From Eledone cirrhosa (lineage: Eukaryota), in the NCBI GenBank assembly GCA_964016885.1, contig OZ024742.1:212908001-212972000 (forward strand): a stretch of 64,000 nucleotides of DNA, in the 5' to 3' direction. Numbering within the stretch: the first letter of the stretch is position 1; each line of letters starts with the position of its first letter. Shown piece after piece: positions 14,002 to 26,053 of the stretch. The notes below the pieces were generated by a model. The model did not search any database. It saw only the letters and a program-made list of their open reading frames with translations, and was not told the DNA's origin. The translations under genes and the position numbers were made by a program.

Positions 14002-15956
14002 CTACCTTTCTGCTTCGGGTCGCACGACTTCCATGAGGTCGGGGGTGTTGGGTGAAGGGGTGTCTTGTGGTGGTGTGGGGTCGTCAGTGTGTGGTGGGGT
14101 TGGGGTGTTTGGAGTTGTGTTGGGGAGGGGAAGGGGAGGGGGAAAGCTTTTTAGTAGGACGCGGTTTATGGGTTTGACAGAGGGTGGTCCTACGTCCTCC
14201 TTAAAATCCTTTTTTAGTTTTTGGTAGAGGTTCATTGGGATCTTTATTAATTTTAAACGTGGGTAGTTTTCTGAAGAAACAAAGTTTACACCTTCGGTTT
14301 GTACCGAAGGATTATTGTTTATGAGTTCATTTAATTTATTATTGTTTCTGTTGATGTAAGTATAGTGTAATGTCTTTTTTTCGGATGGTGTGAGTGTTTC
14401 GAAGAGGGGAGGGGCAGGTTTGGTTTTGTTTGTTGCTGGAGGGGTGTTTTGTGTTTTGTTGGATTGTGTTGACATTTGGGTGGGGGTTGTTTGGCCTTGT
14501 GTGTTTTGCACATGTTTTCTTTTTTTCCTTTTAATCTGTCTGAAGGACTCCGTTTCTTCCTCCGAATTCGTTGGGTTATCTTCAGTGTTGGAGGGAAGAG
14601 GTATGTTTGCTGGTAATGTTTCCGTGTTGGTTTTCTTTGTGGGGGTGATGGATGTCACTATGTTAGACTGTTGTGTGTTGTGGCTGCGGTGGTTGTGTTG
14701 TTTTATTGAGTGAGGGGTTGGGTGGGCCTGTATTTTGTTTTGGGGTAATGTGTTGTGACTGTTTGTGTTGTGGTGGTGGTGTAGTTTTACTGAGGGACGG
14801 GTTGGGTGGGACTGAGTTTTGTTGTTTGTTTATCTGTTGTGGTGGTGGTGGTGGAGCTGGTGTTGGTAGCAGGGTTTTCTTTTTGTTGAGTTGGGGACAA
14901 GCCGCCTTCAGGTGCCCTCTGCCTGCACAGATATGACAGGACGGTCTTCTCCCCTCCACGCTAATGTTTATATACCCGTGGCGCTCTAATAGGATTCTGT
15001 CGGGTATTTGGGCGATGCGTTCAGGCTTCATTTGCACTACAAGCTCTATACCTGTTCCACTGAACGCATTGCCTGTGGTTTTCCCAATGGAAATCACGTT
15101 GTCATTCGCTGGATCGATGAAGCCAGCTTTGAGCCAGCAGTAGTCCACATCTGGCATCATTGCATCCAGCCATATGCGTTGAGTTCTTTTACCCATATAA
15201 GATGGATAAAAGGTAAAAATTTTCGAACGAATCGGTGACAAAGCACATTTTTTTGCCGCCGATTCGTTCTTCATAATAATCGCTAGGCTTCCATACAGTC
15301 TGTCTTTTCTTATGAAAGTGGTTTCATTAAGTACTTCTGTGAGTACTGTTTTGATTTCTGTTTGAGTTGGCTGTTCAGGTTTTTTTGAAGTGTTGTTGAT
15401 GGTGCGGAACACGACCGTTCGACTTTCAATGTCTTTGGTGAGTTCTTGAGGCATTTTTACCGATAAAATACCATTCTCTCCTTCAGTTATATATTGTTTG
15501 GCGTCTGCAATTCTTTGTGCCACATCTGAAATATTTTCAGGTATATATGTCAAAGATTTCTTTGTTGTTTGTGCAAATGAAATCTTATTGGTGATGAATT
15601 GTCGTCTGCTTTGCTTTCTGTTATGATGTTGTTTTCAAATGTTATTTTTGTTTTTGTTGTGTCTTTGTTTGTGGTATTAATATTGTCATGCAATTTTTTA
15701 ACTTTTTTTTTTCGTTGTTGGAATCCATGTCCAGATTTGTGTTTTCGTCATTTTTCTCCGCAGATTCGTCTGTTTTTATTTTATTTTTTTCTTCCTTCTC
15801 TATGACGTTAGTTGGGAAGGAAGGGGGGACTAAAGCGTGCGAGCTTACAACTCTTACCGCTGTCCCCCCACCACTATTTTCGTTACCTTCGTTTAAATTT
15901 CTGTCAGACGATTGAAATTTTTTTATGCCACAAAATTTTAAAAACAGGTTTTTCAC
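14002..15956 (-). pseudogene. Tx1-A ORF1 (gag-like), broken into three frames
   Basis: ORF pieces 15642-15956, 14663-15553 (RRPSCHICAGRGHLKAACP CCHC knuckle) and 14002-14658; Pro/Thr/Asn-rich linkers. Confidence 0.8.
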
Positions 15957-16315
15957 CCCTAGGAGGGGTGAAGATGAGCTGACCCACCGCCTGATAGTTC
16001 AGACGGAGGGTCAAGCTACACAATAGTATCAAAATTAAAATTGAACTTACAAAATTTCCGCAATAAATTTGAACAAAACTTCTGCGCGAAGTGAATTACA
16101 TCCACACTGTAGAACAGACGACAGCTAGATTATGGGAGAGAGAGAGATAGATAGATCGATAGATAGATAGATAGATAGAGAGAGAGATAGTGGTTGTGAG
16201 AGAGTAGATTGAAAGAGAGACATAGGGAGAGGAGACAGAGAATGAGAATAGAAGAGAGAGAGAGAGAGAGAGCTGGTGGTGGTGTTGTGTATATATATAT
16301 ATGTGAGTGTGTGTG

Positions 16316-16348
<33 letters not shown>

Positions 16349-16401
16349 CTATGACCACTGTATATAGATCACAGACACCCACATATATATATATATATAT
16401 A

Positions 16402-17313
16402 CGAGGTCTGTCAGAAAAGTTCCAGGACTGATGTCAGAAAAGTTCCAGGACTGATGTCACAAAAGATTTATTTCAAACCCAAACTTCACACTAAGAGTTT
16501 TCTCCTTCAAAGTAATCCCCCTGGAGTATGTAACTGTAATCTTAGCTCTCTGCAGCGATCACACTTTTTTCTTCATAATTTTATATACATGTCCTCTGTT
16601 TCAGGTCGTCAAACAATGAGCATAGAGCAACGAACAAACTTGAAAACTCCGTCAGAAACACTGGGATTGCTGCAGTAAGTGTATGGAGATGAGACGATGT
16701 CACACTCACGTGTTTTTGAGTGGTGCAAGAGGTTTAAAGAAGGACGCGAGGACGTGGAAGATGACCCCAGGAGCGGAAGGCTCTCAACAACCAGGACTGA
16801 GGTCAACGTTGAGCGCGTATGGCAGATGGTGCGTAGCGATCGTCGGCTGACTGTTCGACTGATGGCAAATGAGCTGGGCATGAATCGGGACAGCGTCTGG
16901 AAGATTCTCACTGAAGATTTGGACATGTGGAAAGTCTGCGCGAAGATGGTGCCAAAACTGCTGAACGATGACCAGAAGGGTCGACGCATGCAAGTGTGCC
17001 AGGACATCCTCGAGCGTCTTGAAACCGAACCAGACTTGCTAGGGACAGTCATCACCGGTGATGAGTCATGGATCTTCGAGTACGACCCGGAGGGGACCCG
17101 TTTTGAAGACCTGGACGACATCAAAAAGGCCGTGACGACGGAACTGCGGAGGATCCCGGGAGAATCCTTCCAGGAGTGCATGCAAGCGTGGCAGAAAAGG
17201 ATGGAAAAGTGCATTAGACTCCAGGGGGGATTACTTTGAAGTAATCTTAGTAAGTCTTAGTGTGAAGTTTGGGTTTGAAATAAATCTTTTCTGAACTTTT
17301 CTGACACACCTCG
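16402..17313 (+). mobile_element. Internally deleted mariner transposon
   Basis: TA-flanked TIRs CGAGGTCTGTCAGAAAAGTTC / GAACTTTTCTGACACACCTCG; ORF 16679-17239 has VFEWCKRFKEGR, DDPRSGR, KMVPKLL and ITGDESWIFEYDPE joined directly to GTRFED (catalytic middle deleted). Confidence 0.93.
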
Positions 17314-17314
17314 T

Positions 17315-17447
<133 letters not shown>

Positions 17448-17935
17448 AATATATATATATATACACGCATTTATATACATGCATACACGTTTCATTTCAC
17501 ATTATATACATGTCTGTGTATATTTCATTACTTCAAAATTATTTTTAAGTGAACATGATTTAAAAAAATATATTTTGAAGTGAACTTGACCTAACGAGTC
17601 ACGGGTGGTCTAGTATATATCATCATCATCATCATTGGCAGCTAGGTCTCGGAAGACCATGCTTAATGCGCCTGGAATCATAACTGGTCTTTGGCATCGT
17701 CTGCCATAACTTTACAGACCGATGCATGAGTGACAGTCCTTGTTGCACTTGGTACAGATATTTCTAGAATCTATCTGTTTGAATGACTATAATTTTACTA
17801 GAGTAACTAGGAAGCTGAAAGTGGCGTCTGACTCTACCATTATTGGTTCCATTGTGGATATGTAAATATTAACATATCAAAATATATGTATAGAGAAATA
17901 TATTTTTTTCACCGGCCTATATTCATGGTAATAAT

Positions 17936-18120
17936 TGTTTCTACGTTTGGCACAAGGCCAGCAATTACCCAGTGCATTACTGGTACTTTATTTTATCGAC
18001 CCCGTAAGGATGAAAGGCAAAGTTAACCTCGGCGGAATTTGAACTCAGAATGGCAAGGGTCGTAACTCTATACGTCAAATATGGCGTCCGACCCTCTACC
18101 AATACTGCCAATCCACCGCC
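17936..18120 (-). mobile_element. SINE family A
   Basis: Full copy with 17-bp TSD ATATTCATGGTAATAAT (17919-17935, 18125-18141); an older copy lies adjacent at about 18142-18368. Confidence 0.9.
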
Positions 18121-19623
18121 CTTCATATTCATGGTAATAATGGTTTCTGATTTAAGCACTAGGTCAACAATTTTTGGGGAGGAGATAGTCGATTAAATTG
18201 ACCCCAGTGCATTACTAGTGCTTTATTTTATCGACCCCTCAAGGATGAAAGGCCAAGCTAACGTCGTGGGGGGGGGGGGGGTTTCAAACTCACAACATAA
18301 AGGGATGTAATTATATGCCGCAAAACATGTTGTCCGACAATCTACCGATACTGCCAAACCACCGCCCTATATTCATGGCAGTACTAACATCTGAAGGGAA
18401 CAGGTATCCTATAAACCATTAAAAATAAGCCGTGGAAAGGTAGAAGTAGCTAAAAATATTTGAAAATACAAAAAGGATTTGATCAAATAACTTCTTGGCA
18501 AACATTAGATGTTTACGAATAGAACGTTCAATTTAGTTTATTGAAAACTAAGCTGGAAATAGTTAATGTATGTATACGACACGTTTGTCTTAAAAACTAT
18601 ATATATTGTTAATAATCAGAATGAATGATTATTTTTATGTTCAATATACATCCGAACATAAAAAGCATACGGCAGTCAATAATAAAATAAGCATTTGTCT
18701 GTTTAGAATTGAGCGAGTAGAAGCAGGCGATATATATCGTTTGTATAGTGTCACTAACAGAACAGAAAATCAAAGTATCTAATAAAAAAAACAAAAATAA
18801 TCTGTGTTTATAAGAGGGAAAACATGTTTATGTAAGAGTTTTATAACATCAAAATGGAAATGGCATACGATTACAGTTATTTTTGTTACACCGTAGAGTT
18901 ATTTGTTAAGACGTCGAATTGGGTAATGCAGAAAGACATTTTTGTCACTGTAATGAATGATGTTTGTCTTGCTAGTTCTCAGAAGCTTTTTAGTTGTCGA
19001 TGTGTTTTAGGAAGGTCATTGACTTACTTCAGGTATCTGCTGGGTGGAAGTGAATATCTGATCTAGTTAGTGGTGGATTAAGAGGTAAGGGGGATGATTA
19101 AGCTGCAGCCAGAATCTCCACCATATTTAATGGGTCCCAAATTAATAACTGTTATCATAGATAATACACAAGGCCTCGATGAAACTTTTAGCAAGGGATC
19201 TATGCAAGCTTATTCCTCCTCTAGCTTCAGGGGATATATTGCCAGGATCAATGCAATGAAGACAGAAAAATAGAGAAAAATACGACAGAATATACCAAAC
19301 ATATTGAAGTCTTACTACAATATACACATGAAACAACAACAATACGGTCCTTTGTATATTTTTTCTCCTTTGGCTAAGCCTTCGTGCACTGTTCTCCCCC
19401 TTCTTTGTCAGTTGTTGCACTTGGGATTCTTTTTCTTCAATATTTGTGTTGTTCACATAAAGCCATAACTTGTCTTACCTGTTTTTTTGGTGTATCCCAA
19501 TGTGTACTGGAATGAACGGTATAAACTACCTCAATGCATCAAAACCATAATGATTTCCAGAGGTTGACTGAGGAGATGGGATTGTCCGTCTTTCGGTTGT
19601 TTTTCAATTGTCTTTGACCTATT

Positions 19624-19697
<74 letters not shown>

Positions 19698-19844
19698 TAT
19701 TTTCCGTTGTATTGTAATATAAATATTACACACAGTAGATTGACAGCTCACGTAGAGTTTGCTCGACGGTTCCAGTTGTAGTTCCAAAAGTAATCCGGAG
19801 AAAAATAGAAAGATTTGAATGGATACAGTTTAGTTGAAAGGAAT

Positions 19845-20163
19845 TTATTGACACGTGTTTCTATAACAGTTACATAACCTGAAAACAGTTGCTATCTACA
19901 AAGTTTTAGTTATGCAGACATTCAATATTTCAATGTTATTATTTACTGGCGGTGGTGGATTGGCAGTATCGGTAGAGGGTCGGACGCCATGCTTTCCAGC
20001 AGAGTTACGTCCCTTTACGATCTGAGTTCAAATCCCGCCGAGGTTGACTTTGCCTTTCATCCTTACGGGGTCGATAAAATAAAGTACCAGTAATGCACTG
20101 GGTAATTTGCTGGCCTTGTGCCAAATGTAGAAACAATTATTTACTGTCATTTCATCAGAATAA
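19845..20163 (-). ncRNA. Type I hammerhead ribozyme with long stem II, interrupted by a SINE
   Basis: TTATT-CTGATGA-aATGACAGT...[SINE]...ACTGTTATa-GAAA-CACGTG-TC-AATAA; palindromic stem III, GUC site. Confidence 0.72.
19949..20135 (+). mobile_element. SINE family A
   Basis: Full copy with 11-bp TSD ATTATTTACTG (19938-19948, 20136-20146). Confidence 0.9.
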
Positions 20164-20727
20164 TATTATTGAGGACCTACTTGGTTTTTATAGAGAATAT
20201 TAGGAGGGAGGGGTGAAGTTGTTAGAAGAATAGTTGAGGGAGTGGTTTGTTGATAGCAGTGAGAATTTTTGGTAGCAGTGAGTAATTAGATTCCCATCTG
20301 TTGTTTTGACATTTTTATAGAATATATTATTGGTTATTTTTCTAAATTTATAGAAGGATTAGAGATAGTAAAGATATGCGTGGTTGGTTTTGTGTTTGCA
20401 CTTAATTAACATTCAGACTTAAATTTTTCTTTCAAGTGTACGTATCCTTTCACCCACGCATTCACACACAAATATATTTGCACACCTCTACAAAATACAT
20501 ATACTCACATTCACATATTCATACTTACATACATATACACATGCATACATATATATATACACACATGTATTCATGTACATACATACGCGTTCATGTGTAT
20601 ACATTTTCATACTCAACTTATCTTTATATACACACGCATAGACACACACATATATACATACATACTCTAGTCTATGTGTACACATATACATATACATACA
20701 CATCTATACACACATATATATATACAC

Positions 20728-20762
<35 letters not shown>

Positions 20763-21457
20763 AGCACTTTAATACATGAATACACTTACATCCTACTATA
20801 CACATCAAACATATATATATATTTACTTATTTATATACATTTTCACATATATATACATACTTATGGACGTTTTTAGACACATTCATTATCGCATATTTGC
20901 ACCTATTCTCATCAGCATATCTTTCCATTATTAGTGTGGTAATTTAAGGTTATTAATATACATATATATGTTGAGAAGAGATTGTTTTTATATTTTTCTA
21001 ACTAGAATGAGGTTTATATAGTTGGGGGGATGTCCCTCTTTTATGTAATATTCGGCTTGTAGTTGGAAAAAAGGGTTTTAGTTCTGTGACGGCAGAATAA
21101 TGTTCGTTCAATTCTGTTATTCAGCAATTTATTCTTGTGTGTGATTATGTAATAAATCTCAAGATTACACAATTTGCAGAAATTTTGGCTCCTGGAAAAG
21201 CTTTGGGTTTTAGCTAATTTCTCCCATTTTAGAGTAAACTTTTGATCGCTATCCCTGAGCGTCCAATCTCTTCTCAACATATATTAATAACCTTAAATTA
21301 CCACATATACATATGTATATATATACATATATATATATATATGTATATATATACATATGTATATATATACATATGTATATATATATATAAATACATATAC
21401 ATTTATATATATATATATATATATACAATACGTATATATATATATGTATATATTTAT

Positions 21458-22285
21458 TCTCGGCAGTGCTGTTCTGCTAGAGAATAAGCAACCCCAGACC
21501 AACAGCAGTAAACTAATTGGGAAGATGGAGCAATGGGGGACTCCGTAGCTCCCTAGAAAACTCTCACAATGCAATGATGTAGCTACAGTGAGGCGAGTAA
21601 AGGCTGCCTCTAAAAAAGCCTACTATTCGCGGGTTTGACAAAGTAACAGGTTGATGAGTGGCGTAAATAAAAACCACAGAAACTGTTACTGCAATATGTT
21701 GAGGAAAACAAAGAAGAACCATACCGCACCACCCTTCGCGCGGGTTAACAAGGGATGCGTTCAGGCCTTAGGTAGAGGTGCCTGTTCGAAAAATATATTG
21801 CAGTCTCCATTTCATTCTGCAAAAACTGGTGATGGGCCGGCGCCCTGAATGGGAGGCGTGGAATGGACACACAAAGATTGCGTACCCCGAGACCCCAACC
21901 CTTACCTATGGTCATGAATCTTGAGAATACAAACGGCCGAAAGGCGATTCCTTCGAAAGGTCTTTGGAGAAACGTTACTCCATAGAGTGCGTAGCTCAGA
22001 GATCAGCGAGTCACTCCTGGTAGAGCAGCTACTTCTCCAAATTAAGAGATCACATCTCCGATACTACGGGCAGGTGGCTTGAATGTCTCAGAAAAGAATC
22101 GCTGGACAGATGTTACGGCGCAAACCAACCGACAGGAGACCCAAGGGTAAACTCCCAGCAAGATAGTTGGTTAACATCCATGAGCTTGGTTGGTCTTGCT
22201 TGGCGATCCAGCCGGATCAATGTCAGAAGGACCCGCTGGAAGAATTGTTTGCGGACTCTTCCCCCACGACCATCCCCCTCTCTCT
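21458..22285 (+). mobile_element. Internally deleted RTE-clade derivative
   Basis: From about 21895: PTLTYGHES..RIQTAERRFLRKVFGETLLHRVRSSEI...RWKNCLRTLPPR (same family as 9705-9930), preceded by about 430 bp of GC-richer non-coding leader. Confidence 0.6.
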
Positions 22286-22416
22286 GTTTATTTCGTTTTT
22301 TATTTCTCATATCTCCCGGTGAAGTACTAGTGTTCGAAACATTAATTTTTTTCATTGTACTGTGTCGTTTGCTTTGTATTTTTCTCTTATTATTTTGTAC
22401 ACACACACACACGCGC

Positions 22417-22513
<97 letters not shown>

Positions 22514-22664
22514 CAGTGAAATTCAGTTATACCGAAATTCACGGGATATAAAAAGAATTCGTTGTAACGACCTAAGACATCGACTGTGTGGCCGAGATTG
22601 AAAAAAAAATTGTTATACTGAAAAATTCGTTATAATGGCATTCGTTATAACGGAATTTTACCTG
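22514..22664. mobile_element. Tigger/pogo-like MITE
   Basis: TA-CAGTGAAATTCAGTTATACCGAA ... TTCGTTATAACGGAATTTTACCTG-TA with internal TTCGTTATA repeats. Confidence 0.75.
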
Positions 22665-22829
22665 TATATACCATTCGTGTTAGGCTATTTACCAATCGGT
22701 CGGACTGGTGGTTCAGGTTGGTAAAGGATGATGCAATAAATTAAGTCATCCATCGTCGATGTGGTATCCAGTGGTTGGTGCAGGAATGGAGTAAAGTATT
22801 CATTAAAACAACAACAGAAGGCCGGACTA

Positions 22830-22871
<42 letters not shown>

Positions 22872-23439
22872 GCATTTGTTTTCTTCCTTCAAATAATACT
22901 TCGTGTAATCGCAAATAGAATCAAAGGACATGTGGAGAAATCAAACAAGCAAGCGCCTTGCCTATATAACCTTATATGAAAATGCCAAATGGTTGAGATC
23001 GCTTTTATGTTCTACCATTGTTGTTTACAATCAAGTTTTGAATATAGGACTTTGTGTTATATGGGCGGTAGTTTACCCACTGAACTTGATATTCGACGTC
23101 GTTTCAACAGGCGGTTATAAAACTGAAAACATTCAACTTGTACTTTCATATATTTGTAAGCAAACACATTTACTCGCTATACTGACACACATTTAAACAC
23201 ACATTTACATGAATGTCTCATATTTTAATATTTATTATGTAAATTAAACAAAGGGCGGTTATTTGGCAGAATCGTCAGAGCGTTGGACAATATGATTTGC
23301 GGCATATAGTTGCGTCCCTTAACATTGTGAGTTCACATCCCGGTGAGGTTAGCTTTGCCTTTCACCTTTACAGAGTCGATAAAATAAAGTACCAGTAACT
23401 CACTGGGTCGATTTAATCGACTTTCCCCTTCCTACTAAC

Positions 23440-24940
23440 TATTGACTTGACATTCTAACTTCCGGCATCACAAAGGTGATAGAACCACCATTAACAATTA
23501 CCTTCACTACTTTCTGTCACTTCTACCTTAGTAGCGACTAGTATGGCTTACACAGGGCTCCATCTGCTGGATATTTGCTATACAATTTCACTCATCAGTT
23601 CTCTTTGGCCTTTGACAATTTCTACGAAAGTCATATTATTGCACCTGATATCAGTAAAGCTTTCGACTAAATCTAATGTACTAGAATCTTCTAAGTCACC
23701 CACATATACTCTCTGCCAGTCTATCATTTTTGGATCAGAAAATCCTTGGCAGTATCGGTAGAGGGTCGGACGCCATGCTTTCCAGCATAGTTACGTCCCT
23801 TTACGGTCTGAGTTCAAATCCCGCCGAGGTTGACTTTGCCTTTCATCCTTACGGGGTCGATAAAATAAAGTACCAATAATGCACTGGGATAATTGCTGGC
23901 CTTGTGCCTAAAGTAGAAACAACTATTGAATTATATGTCGACAAGGCTCAGTCCGATCCATATTCTATAAACTGTAGTGTTCTAAAAAGTATGGCAATGT
24001 ATCTCACACTCTTTATTCTCAAATAAAAGTTGTCCCATTTAAATATATGCAGATGATATTATGCGTGAATTTTCATTAACTATTCGTACACAAGCGTCAT
24101 GTACATACAATCTAGAAACAGAGAACGCTGGTGTATCAACATTTTAGTGAAAGAATCTGTTTGAAATCTTACGTATTATTCTCGCAGATTACGTCAATAT
24201 AGTTAAAACATTTTTACTTTTTTAAACTATTTTATTTTTTTTCAGTAAAAATAACTTTATTAATATTTAAAAACGGAAAAGGAAGGGTACATAGCAATTT
24301 ATTTCATTTTAGCAACACAGAGACCCAATCACTGTACTTATCAAGGAAATAGACGTATACACATCTTTTAGGATAAAAAAAAATGCGATTAAAATCCTCA
24401 AAGTTGCGACAAAAACTAGACATCAACAGAGTCTCTGATGAGCTCCCACGGCAACACAGCATATATAACATTGCCAAAACTGCATCAAGAAAACTAGGTT
24501 TGCTCTTTAGCTTCAGGAACTGATCCGTTACTCTACAAAGCTTAAATATGCCCCACATTGAATTTCTACTCGCATATATGGGATAGTTCTGCTGCTAGCC
24601 AAACAAGTATCCTGAACTATATTGAAATAGAGGCCATTAGTCAGATTTACAAAGATTCATGTCCTGAAATTTTCCAACCAAGAACTTATGTTTCTCTTCG
24701 TCTCTTCTCTTACTACTGCAGCAAACATTGGTCCCGTGAACTACCATCAGCATCTTCATACCATCTAGTTTTTATTCATCTTTCCGCCCTTACTGTGTAT
24801 CACCTCCCAGACTCTAAACTAGGAGCCCCGCCCAATAATTTCTTACAGAATTGTAAATCCTTCGGAATTTCTATCTGATCTACAGATATCGATCTACAGA
24901 TGTTGAAGCTGAATGTCAACCGCATCAATCTAACTAGTCT
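23440..24940 (+). mobile_element. Degenerate CR1/Jockey-group LINE RT fragment with nested SINE A (about 23745-23927)
   Basis: Remnants DISKAFD, YADD and IAKTASRKLGLLF...LYKA...YSHIWDSS with many stops. Confidence 0.6.
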
Positions 24941-25063
24941 AGATAGTTTGCAAAGGTCACTGGTACAGCTCCTCCTCTTCTAACCATTTTATCAAACACA
25001 CACATATGTATACAAATACGAATATTAAACAATAATATGCAGCAAACACACATTTACACACAC

Positions 25064-25096
<33 letters not shown>

Positions 25097-25569
25097 TGTA
25101 TGTATGTATGTATGTATGTATGTATGTATGTATGTATATAATAATAATTTTTCTGCTTTTGGCACGGATCCAGCGACTGTCCCAGTGCATTACTGGTACT
25201 CTCTTTTGTTGACTCCGTGGGGATGAAAGGCAAGGTTGACCTCGGCGGGATTTGAGCTCAGAGCGTGGAGAGCCATAGCTCTATGCTGTAAAGCAATTAT
25301 AATAATACTGAACTGTAACACGAACTGCTTCAACTATACGAACTCTTGAAAGTCAACAGTTGACATAATCTTGTAATCTTGTATCAGTAATGACGGTAAT
25401 ATATATATATATATATGTGTGTGTAAGTGAGTAGCGTGTATGTGTTTGTTTGTATGTATGAGTGTTGCTGTGTGCACGCGTATGTATGTGTGTGTGTGCG
25501 CGTGTATGTCGTACGTATAAGTGACAATAAGTGATTTTTTTTTTTTTGCGCGGGGACATAGAAATAATC

Positions 25570-25830
25570 GGGCTGGATGTCCGATCGCGCAGTTAAACCA
25601 CTGGGAGTGAAATACCCCTAGCCCTTATCAGGGCATTCTTCTAGGAGAAGGCATCTCAGGAAACTGGGTTAACTCCGACATAAAACCTGCGGCTCAGTAG
25701 TTACCGATGATGTTGATCTTTTCTTCTTTTCGGGTTATAGCTACTGTCGCTCAGAGAGTGGGATTGGCTCAGTGTACAGTCTTTCCTCAATTTAAAAATA
25801 TTCGTCACGCACAGGCATTGCACGATTGCA
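25570..25830 (+). repeat. Non-coding interspersed repeat resembling an RTE 5' leader; related copy at about 33745-33960
   Basis: Shared CCCCT(T)AGCC..CTAGGAGAAGG..GATGTTGA..GAGAGTGGGA..GCACAGGCATTGC between the two copies. Confidence 0.55.
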
Positions 25831-26053
25831 TTAATTAATAATTATTAATAGTGTATTATTATTATTATTATTATTGGTCTGTTCGGACGTCTTTTTGGCT
25901 CGCTCCCAGTAAGTCGCTATATTTGCCTGTTAAAATTATTTGTTGTTAAATATTTCTTGTTGTGTAAGGGATATAAGCCCTTAGAATTTGCCCTGTGAAG
26001 GGGAAAGTATAATATTTGGGCCTTTTGGCCCAAATATTTAAACTTTTTTTTAC

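Larger units (their letters stand above)
10420..16119 (-). mobile_element. Near-full-length Tx1-clade non-LTR retrotransposon (Tx1-A)
   Basis: ORF1 with CCHC knuckle followed by APE-RT-zinc-finger ORF2; both are frameshifted; 3' end approximate. Confidence 0.93.
19695..21305 (-). mobile_element. 5'-truncated Penelope-like element (Naiad-type) 3' end with 5' inversion
   Basis: 21041-21250 minus [52 protein letters not shown]; 21264-21304 is an inverted copy of 20935-20983; HHR at the end of the 3' UTR. Confidence 0.75.

Noticed and set aside
17585-17613. Helitron-like 3' end (..GTCACGGGTGGTCTAG|T)
   Set aside because: Hairpin is imperfect and no matching 5' TC terminus was identified
19100-19460. 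Very degenerate GIY-YIG-like remnant (ARRLSQR, KSFIEALCI)
   Set aside because: Too decayed to delimit or classify by eye
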